A stretch of DNA of 64,000 bases, from IMG/VR virus record IMGVR_UViG_3300048121_001678, positions 233,165 through 297,164 of that record; one strand, given 5' to 3'. The first letter of the stretch is position 1. Every line of letters begins with the position of its first letter. The notes below the pieces were generated by a model. The model was not told the DNA's origin, did not search any database, and saw only the letters and a program-made list of their open reading frames with translations. Both the position numbers and the translations under genes were made by a program. Positions 19,977-30,094 of this stretch are shown here, in pieces.

Positions 19977-20359
19977 TGGAATTAATCACCACACACCCAA
20001 TAAAAAAATCTGATTTAGGATTTCACGCCAATCTATTTGGTGGTAAACTTTTGGCATGGTTAGATGCCGCTGGTGCAGCATTTGCAATGGAAACTTGTGA
20101 TACTCCTCGAATGGTGACTATAAAAATTGATGAATGTATTTTTAAGAAACCAGCAAAAGAGGGTCAAATGATAAAAATATATGGTGGAGTAGATAAGATT
20201 GGTAATACATCAATAACACTTTATTTAGAGGCAAGAGCACATAATGTTTATAGTGGGCAACAGAGTGTAATACTATCGACTAACATTACATTTGTCCGTA
20301 TTGATGAAAACGGAGACCCTATTCCAATTTCGGATAGAGTTAGAAATAAATTTATATGA
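19976..20359 (+). CDS. Acyl-CoA thioesterase (hotdog fold)
   Basis: DLGFHANLFGGKLLAWLD..G; start refined to MELIT. Confidence 0.88.
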   Translation: MELITTHPIKKSDLGFHANLFGGKLLAWLDAAGAAFAMETCDTPRMVTIKIDECIFKKPAKEGQMIKIYGGVDKIGNTSITLYLEARAHNVYSGQQSVILSTNITFVRIDENGDPIPISDRVRNKFI

Positions 20360-20763
20360 GTATGATAAAAAAAGGAGTAATAGCGGGTAATTTTGATGTA
20401 CTACATCCTGGTTATATTAAGATGTTTAATGAGGCATCAGATAATTGTGATTGTTTAGTGGTACTACTTCATGATGACCCTTCAATCGAAAGACCAGAAA
20501 AGTTAAAACCTATCCTTTCCGTAAAAGAAAGAACAGAGATGTTGGAGTCACTTCGTAGTATTTGTAAAGTTGTTACTTACACATATGAAAGTCAATTACT
20601 AAATTTATTAGAAAATGGTGATTTCAGTATTCGATTTTTAGGTGATGACTATAAGGGAAAAAAGTTTACTGGCGATAATTTAGATATTGAGATTTATTAT
20701 ATTAATAGGGACCATGGTTGGAGCACCACTAAGTTTAAAAATTTAATAAGTAAAACATTATGA
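20356..20763 (+). CDS. Cytidylyltransferase-like (TagD/RfaE family)
   Basis: GNFDVLHPGYI, ER.EML, GDDY, STT. Confidence 0.85.
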   Translation: MSMIKKGVIAGNFDVLHPGYIKMFNEASDNCDCLVVLLHDDPSIERPEKLKPILSVKERTEMLESLRSICKVVTYTYESQLLNLLENGDFSIRFLGDDYKGKKFTGDNLDIEIYYINRDHGWSTTKFKNLISKTL

Positions 20764-21311
20764 AAACATTTGTTGAAATAGGCTCATGTGATTTTAATAC
20801 TTTAAGAGTATTATGTGATGATGGGTGGAAAGGAATAATGGTTGACCCATATAAACCATATTTGGATAATATTGAAAGTCATGAAAATTTGACCAAAGTA
20901 AATAAGGCTGTAGGTCTTTATAATGGTAAAGTTAAATTTAAGAAATTAAAAGATGACTACATTAAGGAAATGGGTGATACCGATTTAAAAGGTATGGGTA
21001 CAATCACTAATGTGACTACACTTGAAACATTTAGTGGGTTTAATGACCATATTGAAACATATGATGTTGATTTAATTACTTTTGATAGTATGTTAAGTTC
21101 ATTAAATGTAACGACAATTGATTACTTAAAAATAGATACTGAAGGAATGGATTTTGACATTTTAAAAAGTATTGATTATACTAAGTTCAACATAAACATC
21201 ATTAGGATGGAACACACCTACTGTGACGACAAATTAGTCATCGACTTTTTGAATCATAACGGTTACCACTGTGAACTATTTAAAAATGATATAATTGCAA
21301 TAAAAAAATAA
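20760..21311 (+). CDS. FkbM-family methyltransferase
   Basis: FVEIGS.D, IDYLKIDTEG.D..IL. Confidence 0.85.
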   Translation: MKTFVEIGSCDFNTLRVLCDDGWKGIMVDPYKPYLDNIESHENLTKVNKAVGLYNGKVKFKKLKDDYIKEMGDTDLKGMGTITNVTTLETFSGFNDHIETYDVDLITFDSMLSSLNVTTIDYLKIDTEGMDFDILKSIDYTKFNINIIRMEHTYCDDKLVIDFLNHNGYHCELFKNDIIAIKK

Positions 21312-21315
21312 TAAA

Positions 21316-21747
21316 ATGGCAGTAAAACAAGGAGACACTATTAAAGTGCACTACACAGGAAAACTTACTGATGGTTCAGAATTTGACTCATCACGTAAAA
21401 GAAATGAACCTATTCAATTTGACGCAGGAAAAGGTCAAATGATTGCAGGTTTTGATGAAGCAGTTATGGGAATGGAAGTCGGTGATGTAAAAACCGTAGA
21501 TATCCCATCAAAAATGGCATATGGAGAGCAAAATCCAGAAGCATTCATGCCGGTAACAAAAGATAACTTTCCACCTGAATTCGAATTCGTTGTTGGTGAA
21601 ATGGTTCAAGGTCAGACAGAGAATGGACAACCACTACAGGCAATAATTTTAGAAGTTAAGGATAATGAAGTTATCTTAGATTTTAATCACCCATTAGCGG
21701 GACAAGATTTAAACTTTGAAATCGAATTAGTAGAAGTCGTAAGTTAA
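21316..21747 (+). CDS. FKBP-type peptidyl-prolyl isomerase (SlyD/FkpB-like)
   Basis: VKVHYTGKL.DG..FDSS, LDFNHPLAGQDLNFEI. Confidence 0.93.
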   Translation: MAVKQGDTIKVHYTGKLTDGSEFDSSRKRNEPIQFDAGKGQMIAGFDEAVMGMEVGDVKTVDIPSKMAYGEQNPEAFMPVTKDNFPPEFEFVVGEMVQGQTENGQPLQAIILEVKDNEVILDFNHPLAGQDLNFEIELVEVVS

Positions 21748-21748
21748 T

Positions 21749-22207
21749 ATGGTTTATTGGTTCACAGGACAACCCGCACATGGTAAAACCATATTGGGGA
21801 GGAAACTAGTTTCTCACTTGAAGGAGAAAAACAAGAACCTATCTAAGTTAGTATTTCATTTGGATGGTGACCACTTAAGAGAAATAACACACAATAAAGA
21901 TTATTCTGAGCAAGGACGTATTAATAATGTCCGAAACGCCCAAATGATATGTGATTATTTACATATACATAATTGTGATGTAGTAGTATCTTTAGTGGCA
22001 CCATACAAATGGTTACGAGATGAGTTTAAAGAAAGAAATTCTGGAGATGTTACTGAAATCTATGTTCACACTACCGAACCTAGAGAAAGGGACCATTTCA
22101 AAGTAGACGGTTATGAACCACCTACTGAAAACTTCACAGATGTTGATACAACATTGGATGACCCTGATATGTCATTCGTAAAATTAATATCTAAATTAAA
22201 TTTATGA
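21749..22207 (+). CDS. cysC: Adenylyl-sulfate kinase-like protein
   Basis: WFTGQPAHGKT, LDGDHLR, N.DYS..GR..N, YEPP. Confidence 0.8.
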   Translation: MVYWFTGQPAHGKTILGRKLVSHLKEKNKNLSKLVFHLDGDHLREITHNKDYSEQGRINNVRNAQMICDYLHIHNCDVVVSLVAPYKWLRDEFKERNSGDVTEIYVHTTEPRERDHFKVDGYEPPTENFTDVDTTLDDPDMSFVKLISKLNL

Positions 22208-22575
22208 TGGAAAAAAAATCAACGATATTTTGTGATATTGATGGTACCATCTTTAAGTACAGAAAATTTGAAACCTATGAGTCTTCATCACCTGAAGTTT
22301 GTCCAAACGTAAAGGAGAAACTTCATCAATGGAAAGATGAGGGACATATGATTATATTAACCACCGCAAGACCTATTGACATGTATTTACACACAGAAAA
22401 AGAGTTAGCGGTGAATGACATTCCATATGACCGATTAATTATGGAAATAGAAAGAGGTCCAAGGGTTTTAATTAACGATATGGACCCAAATAAACCAGGT
22501 CAAAGAGCGATGGGAGTAAACCTAATTAGAAATGAAGGTTTTGAGGGGGTAGATTGGACCGAATACGGACTATAA
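22204..22575 (+). CDS. HAD-like phosphatase
   Basis: IFCDIDGT, TTAR, LINDM. Confidence 0.75.
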   Translation: MMEKKSTIFCDIDGTIFKYRKFETYESSSPEVCPNVKEKLHQWKDEGHMIILTTARPIDMYLHTEKELAVNDIPYDRLIMEIERGPRVLINDMDPNKPGQRAMGVNLIRNEGFEGVDWTEYGL

Positions 22576-22584
22576 CTAAAAAAT

Positions 22585-22977
22585 ATGAAAGAATGGACTA
22601 AAAATGTACATATTGAATCCTCAATACCCTCGAGAGATGGTCAATATGCAATGTTTGTGGGTCGATGGCAACCACTACACAAAGGTCATCAAGAATTATT
22701 TAAACAAGCAATGGATGAGGGTAAAAATATACTTATATGTATAAGGGACGGTAAACCAAATGATAAGAACCCATTTACCTCAACTGAAGTAAGGGAGAAT
22801 ATTATGAATCATTACTCTTCTGAAGTAGAATCAGGTAAGGTACAAGTTATGGTAATTCCTGACATTTGCTCTATCGAGTTTGGTAGAGGAGTTGGTTACG
22901 ATATAATAGAAAGAGTACCCCCAACTGAGATTGGTGAGATATCAGCGACTAAGATTAGAAAAGAAATGGGACTTTAA
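22585..22977 (+). CDS. HxGH nucleotidylyltransferase (possible minimal sulfate adenylyltransferase)
   Basis: FVGRWQPLHKGH, ISATKIR. Confidence 0.75.
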   Translation: MKEWTKNVHIESSIPSRDGQYAMFVGRWQPLHKGHQELFKQAMDEGKNILICIRDGKPNDKNPFTSTEVRENIMNHYSSEVESGKVQVMVIPDICSIEFGRGVGYDIIERVPPTEIGEISATKIRKEMGL

Positions 22978-23066
22978 AACCTTTATCTAAAACAATAAAA
23001 GACCAATACCATGTTGGTCTTTTTTTTGTTATTAAATTTTATATCATTATAATAAAATAAGTTAAT

Positions 23067-24923
23067 ATGAATATATTAGGTATACATACGGGACATGATG
23101 CATCACTGTCATTAATAATTGACAATAAATTAGTCGCGGCAGTTTCGATGGAAAGGTTTTCAAGGGTGAAAAAAGATTGGATTATTGATAGAGAAAATTT
23201 CGATAGATTTTTAAGGTCTTGCAATGTAACACTTGACGACATTGATTATGTATCTATGGGATATTGGAATAATGATAATATGGATTTCTGTAAATTATAC
23301 TCACCAAAAGATGAAAAATACCCGTTATCAACATATAATCGAGTGCACATGGAAATTCCATTGATTAATAATATTAAGTCGTACTTTCAGGATAAACCAT
23401 GGATAGATGAAATAGAATTTCACGAAGGTAAAGGTTATACTCTACCACGAATGATTGACCGTATAAGACCACCTTTTTCTTCAAGTGACATATCACACTC
23501 AAATGCGTTTAAGATAAACTTCGTAATTGATGGATACGATAGAATCATTCCAGGGTATTTTGTTGACCATCATATTTCACACGCATCTTCATCATATTTC
23601 ACATCACCTTTTAACAAATCATCTATATTCACTGTTGACGCATCCATGCATGAACCATCATCGTGTAGTGGGTATTTTTGGGCACATGAAAATACACTTA
23701 ACATATTGAGAGGTGCTGGTTATACCTATGGTAATTTCTATGATGTGGCTACAGAGTATTGTGGTGTTGGACCAGGGACAACTAAAGCCGGTACGTTAAT
23801 GGGATTATCATCATTTGGTAATATTAGTAAAAAGGCTCAAGATAATTGGGAATGGTGGACAAGACCTTTTGACCAACGGTCAGGTACTGAAGATTCACAC
23901 TATAATGATTGGTTATTCTTACAGATTTCAGGTAAATACCCTTATGTATCATCAATTAGACCTGAAATTGAAAATAAAGAACCAGGTTACGAACATTATA
24001 ATAGAGAGTATCAAATGGTTTACACTAAAAAAGACGTTGACACTCAAGAAGTAATGGACATTGCAGCCGATATTCAGTTTATTGCTGAAAAGTCATTAGT
24101 TAAATATGTTGAAGACCTTTATAACGAGACCCATACTATATGTGACGATAATTTATGTATTGCAGGTGGTACTTTTTTAAACTGCAATGCTAACTACAAA
24201 ATCGCCACTGAAACTTCTTTTAAAAATATACATATATTTCCAGCGTGTGGTGATGATGGAATAAGTGTTGGGTCATCTCTTTATGTTTTACATGAAATAT
24301 TAAATATTGAACGTACTACTTACACTAACAGTGAAATTTCTTATTTAGGGTTTCAATACATGTATCAACCAAAAAGTAAATTTGAGTCAATAGATTACAA
24401 TGTTAATACCGTAGCAAAAAGTATTAGTGAAGGTAAAATCATATGTTGGTATCAAGGAAGGAGTGAATTTGGTCCAAGAGCGTTAGGTAATAGGTCATTT
24501 ATTTCAGACCCAAGAAAGAAAGAAATGAAAGACCAATTAAATAGTCGAGTTAAATTTAGAGAATGGTTTAGACCATTTGCACCCGTAGTTTTAAATGAAC
24601 ATAAAGAAGAGTGGTTTAATATGGATTTTGAATCTCCGTTTATGTTATATACTGTACCTTGTAAGAGACCACAGGACATACCTTCGGCAGTACATATAGA
24701 TAACACATCAAGGGTACAAACACTAAAAAAAGACGATAATGAAGAGTTCCACGAACTAATCGAAGAATTTTACAAAATAACTGGAGTACCAATAGTAATG
24801 AACACATCATTAAACGTTAAAGGACAACCAATTGTTGAGACACCTGAAGAAGCGATGGAGTTATTTGAACAATCAAATGTCGATATTCTTGTGATTAATG
24901 ATAAGATGTACTTTAAAAACTAA
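23067..24923 (+). CDS. Carbamoyltransferase (NodU/CmcH family)
   Basis: GHDASL, HHISHA, GTLMGLSSFG, GG.FLNC, DDGISVG, GRSEFGPRALGNRS, REWFRPFAP, NTSLN. Confidence 0.93.
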   Translation: MNILGIHTGHDASLSLIIDNKLVAAVSMERFSRVKKDWIIDRENFDRFLRSCNVTLDDIDYVSMGYWNNDNMDFCKLYSPKDEKYPLSTYNRVHMEIPLINNIKSYFQDKPWIDEIEFHEGKGYTLPRMIDRIRPPFSSSDISHSNAFKINFVIDGYDRIIPGYFVDHHISHASSSYFTSPFNKSSIFTVDASMHEPSSCSGYFWAHENTLNILRGAGYTYGNFYDVATEYCGVGPGTTKAGTLMGLSSFGNISKKAQDNWEWWTRPFDQRSGTEDSHYNDWLFLQISGKYPYVSSIRPEIENKEPGYEHYNREYQMVYTKKDVDTQEVMDIAADIQFIAEKSLVKYVEDLYNETHTICDDNLCIAGGTFLNCNANYKIATETSFKNIHIFPACGDDGISVGSSLYVLHEILNIERTTYTNSEISYLGFQYMYQPKSKFESIDYNVNTVAKSISEGKIICWYQGRSEFGPRALGNRSFISDPRKKEMKDQLNSRVKFREWFRPFAPVVLNEHKEEWFNMDFESPFMLYTVPCKRPQDIPSAVHIDNTSRVQTLKKDDNEEFHELIEEFYKITGVPIVMNTSLNVKGQPIVETPEEAMELFEQSNVDILVINDKMYFKN

Positions 24924-24946
24924 AAAAATAATATTAAATTAGCGTT

Positions 24947-25102
24947 ATGGAAAACAAAAGTAAGAATAAGAGACCAAAGTGGGTTGGGGACCCTTTAAAT
25001 GACTCTGATGTTGGTTATGATTCAGAATGGGAACCAAACATACCGATGGGTAGTCCAGGTCCAAGAGAACCAATTAAGACAGACAAGGAAGAAGAATTAT
25101 AA
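24947..25102 (+). CDS. 51 aa Pro/Asp-rich micro-ORF (not in the ORF track)
   Basis: MENKSKNKRPKWVGDPLND..KEEEL*; fills the intergenic gap. Confidence 0.45.
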   Translation: MENKSKNKRPKWVGDPLNDSDVGYDSEWEPNIPMGSPGPREPIKTDKEEEL

Positions 25103-25114
25103 AATCGTTAAAAC

Positions 25115-25690
25115 ATGAAATTATTTAGTTACAATAAAAATTCTTTAGAATATAATAAAGTGAGAGTACTACCATATATGTTACTTTTTATTATTTTAAT
25201 ATTACTAAGCTATATGTATGGTTTTTTAGAGGGTAGAGAAGATAAAATTATAAAACTCACACCTCAAGAAAAAGAATTAATCTTAATTAATGTACAAGAC
25301 ACATCATTAACATTTAGTGAGGAAAAACTAATTTCACTAATGAATGAATTAAATATTAAGTTTCCTCATATAGTGTTAGCTCAGGCGAAAGTCGAGAGTG
25401 GTAATTATACTTCTAAAATTTTTAGAGAAAACCATAACCTATTTGGCATGAAGGAGGCTCGTGTAAGAATTCACACAGCACAGGGAACACAATTTAACCA
25501 TGCCTATTATAATACATGGAGGGAATCTGTGTATGATTACGCATTCTATCAATGTAGATACCTGTCTAATATTAACACTGAAGACGAATATCTAAGTTAT
25601 TTAGGTCAATCATACGCAGAGGCAACTAATTATGTGTCTATATTGAAAACAATGATAAAGAGAGAAAAACTAAGAGAAAAGTTTAACTAA
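25115..25690 (+). CDS. Glucosaminidase/muramidase (FlgJ-like GH73) with N-terminal TM anchor
   Basis: LAQAKVESG..NHNLFGMK; YA.A..Y. Confidence 0.8.
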   Translation: MKLFSYNKNSLEYNKVRVLPYMLLFIILILLSYMYGFLEGREDKIIKLTPQEKELILINVQDTSLTFSEEKLISLMNELNIKFPHIVLAQAKVESGNYTSKIFRENHNLFGMKEARVRIHTAQGTQFNHAYYNTWRESVYDYAFYQCRYLSNINTEDEYLSYLGQSYAEATNYVSILKTMIKREKLREKFN

Positions 25691-27357
25691 TGGTAATAAT
25701 AGGTTTATCGCATGGTCATGATGCAGGTGCAACACTTTTTAAAGATGGTGAAATTATAGTATCAATATCAGATGAGAGGTTGACTAGAACAAAAAAAAAT
25801 TACGGATTTTTTAGTAATGTGATTGCAACTAAATCAATTGATTATTGTTTGGAGTACTCTAATTTGTCCATTGATGATGTGGATTATATTTTTTTTAACA
25901 CCACAAACCCAAAACCCGATGTGTTATATTGTTTAAAATATTATTATAATATTGATAGTAATAAAATAATATATGTGACACATCATTTATCACACGCAGC
26001 ATCATCTGTTTTCACTTCAGAATTTGAAGATGTTGTTATAGTGGTTTCTGATGCATTAGGTGAGGACCCCATTTATGGGGACTATGGTTGGAGGTCATTT
26101 GAAGAAAAGGGTTTTAATTTAGTTGAACACGAAGATATAGAAAGTAGTTTCGGTGAGGGGTGGTCTATATACCATTATAAAAATGGTGAGTTTTTTAATT
26201 TAGAAAAAAAATGGGTAGATAGTAATGGTCAGTTTAAACAACTAAAAGATTGTTCGATAGGTTACCTATATGAATGTGGGACAGAACAATTAGTTGGTGG
26301 TATAACTATTGGTAGTGCTGGTAAATTAATGGGATTAGCATCATTCGCGGATAAAGATTGGGTTTCAAAACAAGAAAGAAATCACAAAATTATTTATGAT
26401 AATTTATCTATCAAAGGTGAATTATTTTATCCTGAAATTAATCATAATAGTCCATTTCAAATAAAGTCAAACGTTGCGGGGTTATACCAAAGAGAACAGG
26501 AGGAATGTTCTCATTTTTTAGTTGAGAAATCTAAAAAATTAAGTAATAGTAATAATATTACAGTTGCAGGTGGTTCATTTTTAAATTGTACAACAAACAG
26601 TAATATTGTGAAATCCAACTTATTTGAATCTCACCATTTTTTCGCATCGTCTGACGACTCAGGAATATCTTTAGGGTGTGCTTTATACGGGGCATATACT
26701 ATGAGTAGTGTTAATCGTAAAAAATTCTTTAGTCCTTATTTAGGTAGAGAATATAGTAGAGAAGAAATTTTAAATGAATTAGAAAAACACAATTATTTAA
26801 ATTACAATGAAATAACCGATTTTACACAATTAACAGATATAGTCACTAACCAAATAATAGATAATAAAATTATTGGTTGGTTCCAAGGTAGAAGTGAAAT
26901 AGGTCCAAGAGCGTTAGGTAATAGAAGTATATTGGCAAACGCATCGACTCCATGGATTTCTGACTATATTAATGGCGAGATTAAAAAAAGAGAATGGTAC
27001 AGACCATTTGCACCTTCAGTATTATATGAGTATCAGTCTGAAATATTTGATTTGGATTATTTTTCACCTTATATGTTACTAACCGCTGAAGTAAATACCG
27101 AATGGAGAAACAAAATACCATCAGTAACACATATAGATAATACCTCAAGATACCAATCAGTAACTAAAGATACTAACGAAAGGTTTTATGATTTGATAAG
27201 TGAGTTTAATAATAAGACAGGTATACCTCTACTCTTAAATACTAGTTTTAACGGACCAACAGAACCAATAGTTGAGTCACCAAAAGACGCTATAAATACA
27301 TTCTTAGAGGTGGGTTTAGATATTTTAGTAATTAATGATTTTGTAATTACAAGATAA
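25690..27357 (+). CDS. Second carbamoyltransferase (NodU/CmcH family)
   Basis: GHDAGA, HHLSHA, GKLMGLASF, GRSEIGPRALGNRS, REWYRPFAP, NTSFN. Confidence 0.93.
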   Translation: MVIIGLSHGHDAGATLFKDGEIIVSISDERLTRTKKNYGFFSNVIATKSIDYCLEYSNLSIDDVDYIFFNTTNPKPDVLYCLKYYYNIDSNKIIYVTHHLSHAASSVFTSEFEDVVIVVSDALGEDPIYGDYGWRSFEEKGFNLVEHEDIESSFGEGWSIYHYKNGEFFNLEKKWVDSNGQFKQLKDCSIGYLYECGTEQLVGGITIGSAGKLMGLASFADKDWVSKQERNHKIIYDNLSIKGELFYPEINHNSPFQIKSNVAGLYQREQEECSHFLVEKSKKLSNSNNITVAGGSFLNCTTNSNIVKSNLFESHHFFASSDDSGISLGCALYGAYTMSSVNRKKFFSPYLGREYSREEILNELEKHNYLNYNEITDFTQLTDIVTNQIIDNKIIGWFQGRSEIGPRALGNRSILANASTPWISDYINGEIKKREWYRPFAPSVLYEYQSEIFDLDYFSPYMLLTAEVNTEWRNKIPSVTHIDNTSRYQSVTKDTNERFYDLISEFNNKTGIPLLLNTSFNGPTEPIVESPKDAINTFLEVGLDILVINDFVITR

Positions 27358-27374
27358 ATTATTATATTTGTCCT

Positions 27375-27749
27375 ATGACAACGAGAGAATGGACTAAAAT
27401 ATTAAAAACAAATCCTGCGATTTCACAAATTAAACTTAAGGGTGAATTTGTTAAGGGTACTATTACCATTACTCGTCATAGAATTATTGAAACAGAACAG
27501 AGAAACTATTCCTTTAACGAAGAATTCAAATCTAAGTCCTATATTATTAGAAATAGCGAAATTGATATAACCTTCGAGGGTTCAGTAAAATCTTCTATGA
27601 ATAATTGGCACCTTCCTAAAACATATAATAAACGACAGTTAAACAACTGGTTCAGGGCAAGTAAGGAAATTAACGGAGAACTTAAAATGAGATTGAAACT
27701 CATAGGAGGTTCATCAGAATATAAAATAAAGAAAATCACATGTCTGTAG
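27375..27749 (+). CDS. Hypothetical protein
   Basis: TATATTTG at 27363-27370; paralog of 14165..14551. Confidence 0.65.
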   Translation: MTTREWTKILKTNPAISQIKLKGEFVKGTITITRHRIIETEQRNYSFNEEFKSKSYIIRNSEIDITFEGSVKSSMNNWHLPKTYNKRQLNNWFRASKEINGELKMRLKLIGGSSEYKIKKITCL

Positions 27750-28237
27750 TAAAAAGATTTTTCAGAAGAGTAAAAAGAGTTATTGATTTCCTTCCGATGA
27801 TTTGGAAAGGTTTTGATTTTGACTACCGTTATGGTATTGAGTTGTTTCAATACCAACTCAAACGAACTGCAGATTTCATGGAGTCTGACGGAGCAGTGAC
27901 AATGAATGCAAACATTAGAGCAAAACGAATTCGCACCGCAGTTGAACTTCTTCAAAAGGTTTATGATGAGGAATACGGTTGTGAATACCAAGACAAACTC
28001 AAACAGATTTATGGTGAGAAGGTTTTGGATTGGGAGTTTATCGAACTGGATGAAAAAAGTGATTACGATGGTGAACCTCTTTACGAACTCAAATGGGAAT
28101 ATGAAAAATGGGACAACGCTGAAGAGGTGAAAGAAGCCAAACAAAAACTTTATGAAGAGTCTCAAGAAAAACAAAAACGAGCCGAAGAGTTGGTTTGGAA
28201 ATTTATTTCACACAATATTCGTGGTTGGTGGGATTAA
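27740..28237 (+). CDS. Hypothetical phage protein
   Basis: 165 aa; IWK.FDFDY..LVWKFI..IRGWWD. Confidence 0.7.
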   Translation: MSVVKRFFRRVKRVIDFLPMIWKGFDFDYRYGIELFQYQLKRTADFMESDGAVTMNANIRAKRIRTAVELLQKVYDEEYGCEYQDKLKQIYGEKVLDWEFIELDEKSDYDGEPLYELKWEYEKWDNAEEVKEAKQKLYEESQEKQKRAEELVWKFISHNIRGWWD

Positions 28238-28274
28238 TTAAGAAATTATGTTTATCTTTGAAAAAAATAACAAG

Positions 28275-28964
28275 ATGAAAATCACATTCATATCGGATAC
28301 GCACACAAAACATCATCAGGTAACCTCACAGTTGCCAGGTGGTGATTTGTTGGTTCATGCTGGTGACTTTTCTTCACGAGGTTATGAACATGAGGTGGAT
28401 GGATTTTTTGATTGGTTCAATAAGTTGGATAACTACACCAATAAGATTGTCATCGCTGGTAACCACGACCTTATGTTTGAGGACGACCCAATGTTAGCTA
28501 AAGACATCATGAGTTACTATCCTAACGTTACTTACCTTCAGGATGACATCGAAGTCATCGGTGAGGATTACTCATCGTCAGTAAAAGTTTATGGTTCTCC
28601 GTGGCAACCTGAGTTTTATAATTGGGCATTTAACCTACCACGCAACGGTGAGGAGTTAAAGGAGAAGTGGAATGAGATTCCACATAACATGGACATCGTG
28701 GTTACTCATGGACCCGCATATGGTCATTTGGACACCGTTGTGGGACAATCTATGAACCTGGGGTGTGAGTTGTTGGCTGAACGGTTAAAGGTCGTTAAAC
28801 CGAAGATACACGTGTGTGGACACATCCACAGTGGGTATGGTTATAAGTTCCATGAAGGGACACATTACTTCAACGCTGCGGTACTCGGTGAGGATTATGT
28901 ATTCACTCAGAAACCGATGACGGTGGAGTGGGACCCAAAAACTAACGAAATAGAATTTGTTTAA
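28275..28964 (+). CDS. Metallophosphoesterase (calcineurin-like)
   Basis: ISDTH, HAGDFS, AGNHD, THGP, GHIH. Confidence 0.92.
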   Translation: MKITFISDTHTKHHQVTSQLPGGDLLVHAGDFSSRGYEHEVDGFFDWFNKLDNYTNKIVIAGNHDLMFEDDPMLAKDIMSYYPNVTYLQDDIEVIGEDYSSSVKVYGSPWQPEFYNWAFNLPRNGEELKEKWNEIPHNMDIVVTHGPAYGHLDTVVGQSMNLGCELLAERLKVVKPKIHVCGHIHSGYGYKFHEGTHYFNAAVLGEDYVFTQKPMTVEWDPKTNEIEFV

Positions 28965-29002
28965 TCAAATTTTTTTATTACATTTGTAAAAAATAAACAA
29001 TA

Positions 29003-29626
29003 ATGAAGTATAAATTGGAAATGTATGGGTGGGAAGTCGAAGCGACAGGTCACTCTTTAACGGACGAACAAGTTAAATTAATTGAAGAGTTAATGGACAC
29101 CAACGGTGCTGATGAACTATGGGAAGTTCGTCACGATATAGAACTTGAAGGTATTGTTGACGACCTTTATAACCCTGACCTTTATCATATGTCACGTGGT
29201 TTAGATAACAGTGGTCTGTGGTTCTCACTTAAAGATGAAGATGATAACGAAGTTTTAAGTTTTGAACTGTCTGACATGGAAGATATCTACGAAGTGTTAG
29301 GTGATTCCGCAGATGACATCCCTTATGAAGGTTATTTATCAATACCTGGTGAAGGTAAGAATGAAAACGTTGATAATATACTTGCAATATTTGACGAAAA
29401 CAAAGGTGGTATTTGTGATTTTGAAATGTTCGAATCAGATGAAGTACCAACGGCAAAAGATTTCTGTGTCCAACACGGAGATATAGGTACACCTGATGGT
29501 GATTGGGATTTTATCTCCAAAGTATTTTATAAAGGAAAAGAGTTAGATGTGTACGACCATTTAGATAATCGTGGTAAGGCGGCAACTGTTGAAATATACC
29601 GTAAAGATGGTACAACAATTAGTTGA
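29003..29626 (+). CDS. Acidic hypothetical protein
   Basis: 207 aa; TACATTTG at 28979-28986. Confidence 0.7.
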   Translation: MKYKLEMYGWEVEATGHSLTDEQVKLIEELMDTNGADELWEVRHDIELEGIVDDLYNPDLYHMSRGLDNSGLWFSLKDEDDNEVLSFELSDMEDIYEVLGDSADDIPYEGYLSIPGEGKNENVDNILAIFDENKGGICDFEMFESDEVPTAKDFCVQHGDIGTPDGDWDFISKVFYKGKELDVYDHLDNRGKAATVEIYRKDGTTIS

Positions 29627-29885
29627 TGGTGATGTATTAGAGGAAGGTCCGAAGGTTAAAAAGATACACATTAACCAACACCATATTCGGTCCAATAAGA
29701 CGAAGGAAACGGACCTTCCTGTAATCACCATTAAGATTGGTAGTAAAAACTACTACTGTAATGAAATAGAAATAAACGGTCCATCGAAACTATCTTACTG
29801 TGGGAGTGGTGACCAAAAACCCTTAATCAGTTGTGGGGCGAGAGTAATCTTGGAAACGACTGCTGAAGTAAAAATTATAAGATAA
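29607..29885 (+). CDS. Hypothetical phage protein
   Basis: IHINQHHIRSN..PVITIK..SCGARV; start uncertain. Confidence 0.65.
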   Translation: MVQQLVDGDVLEEGPKVKKIHINQHHIRSNKTKETDLPVITIKIGSKNYYCNEIEINGPSKLSYCGSGDQKPLISCGARVILETTAEVKIIR

Positions 29886-30094
29886 TGAATGAATTCTTTA
29901 ATAGCTATAAAGTATTAAAAGGTACATTACTTAGAACATTAGTTTACACATTGGGGCATTTCCTAATTGCAGCTGCTTGTGTAATGTATTTTACAGGTGC
30001 AGATTTTATTAGTTCAGTTACTGATGCTGTGGTAGAGCCAATTATCAATGGAGTTTGGTTTTTTATTTTAGATAGACTTTGGACAAAAAATTAA
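29885..30094 (+). CDS. DUF2061-like small membrane protein
   Basis: LLRTLVYTLGHFLIA..EPIING.WFFILDRLW. Confidence 0.7.
   Translation: MNEFFNSYKVLKGTLLRTLVYTLGHFLIAAACVMYFTGADFISSVTDAVVEPIINGVWFFILDRLWTKN

Noticed and set aside
24947-25102. Micro-ORF as a RiPP precursor for the carbamoyltransferases
   Set aside because: No leader/core pattern or peptidase/transporter partners; only adjacency supports it.
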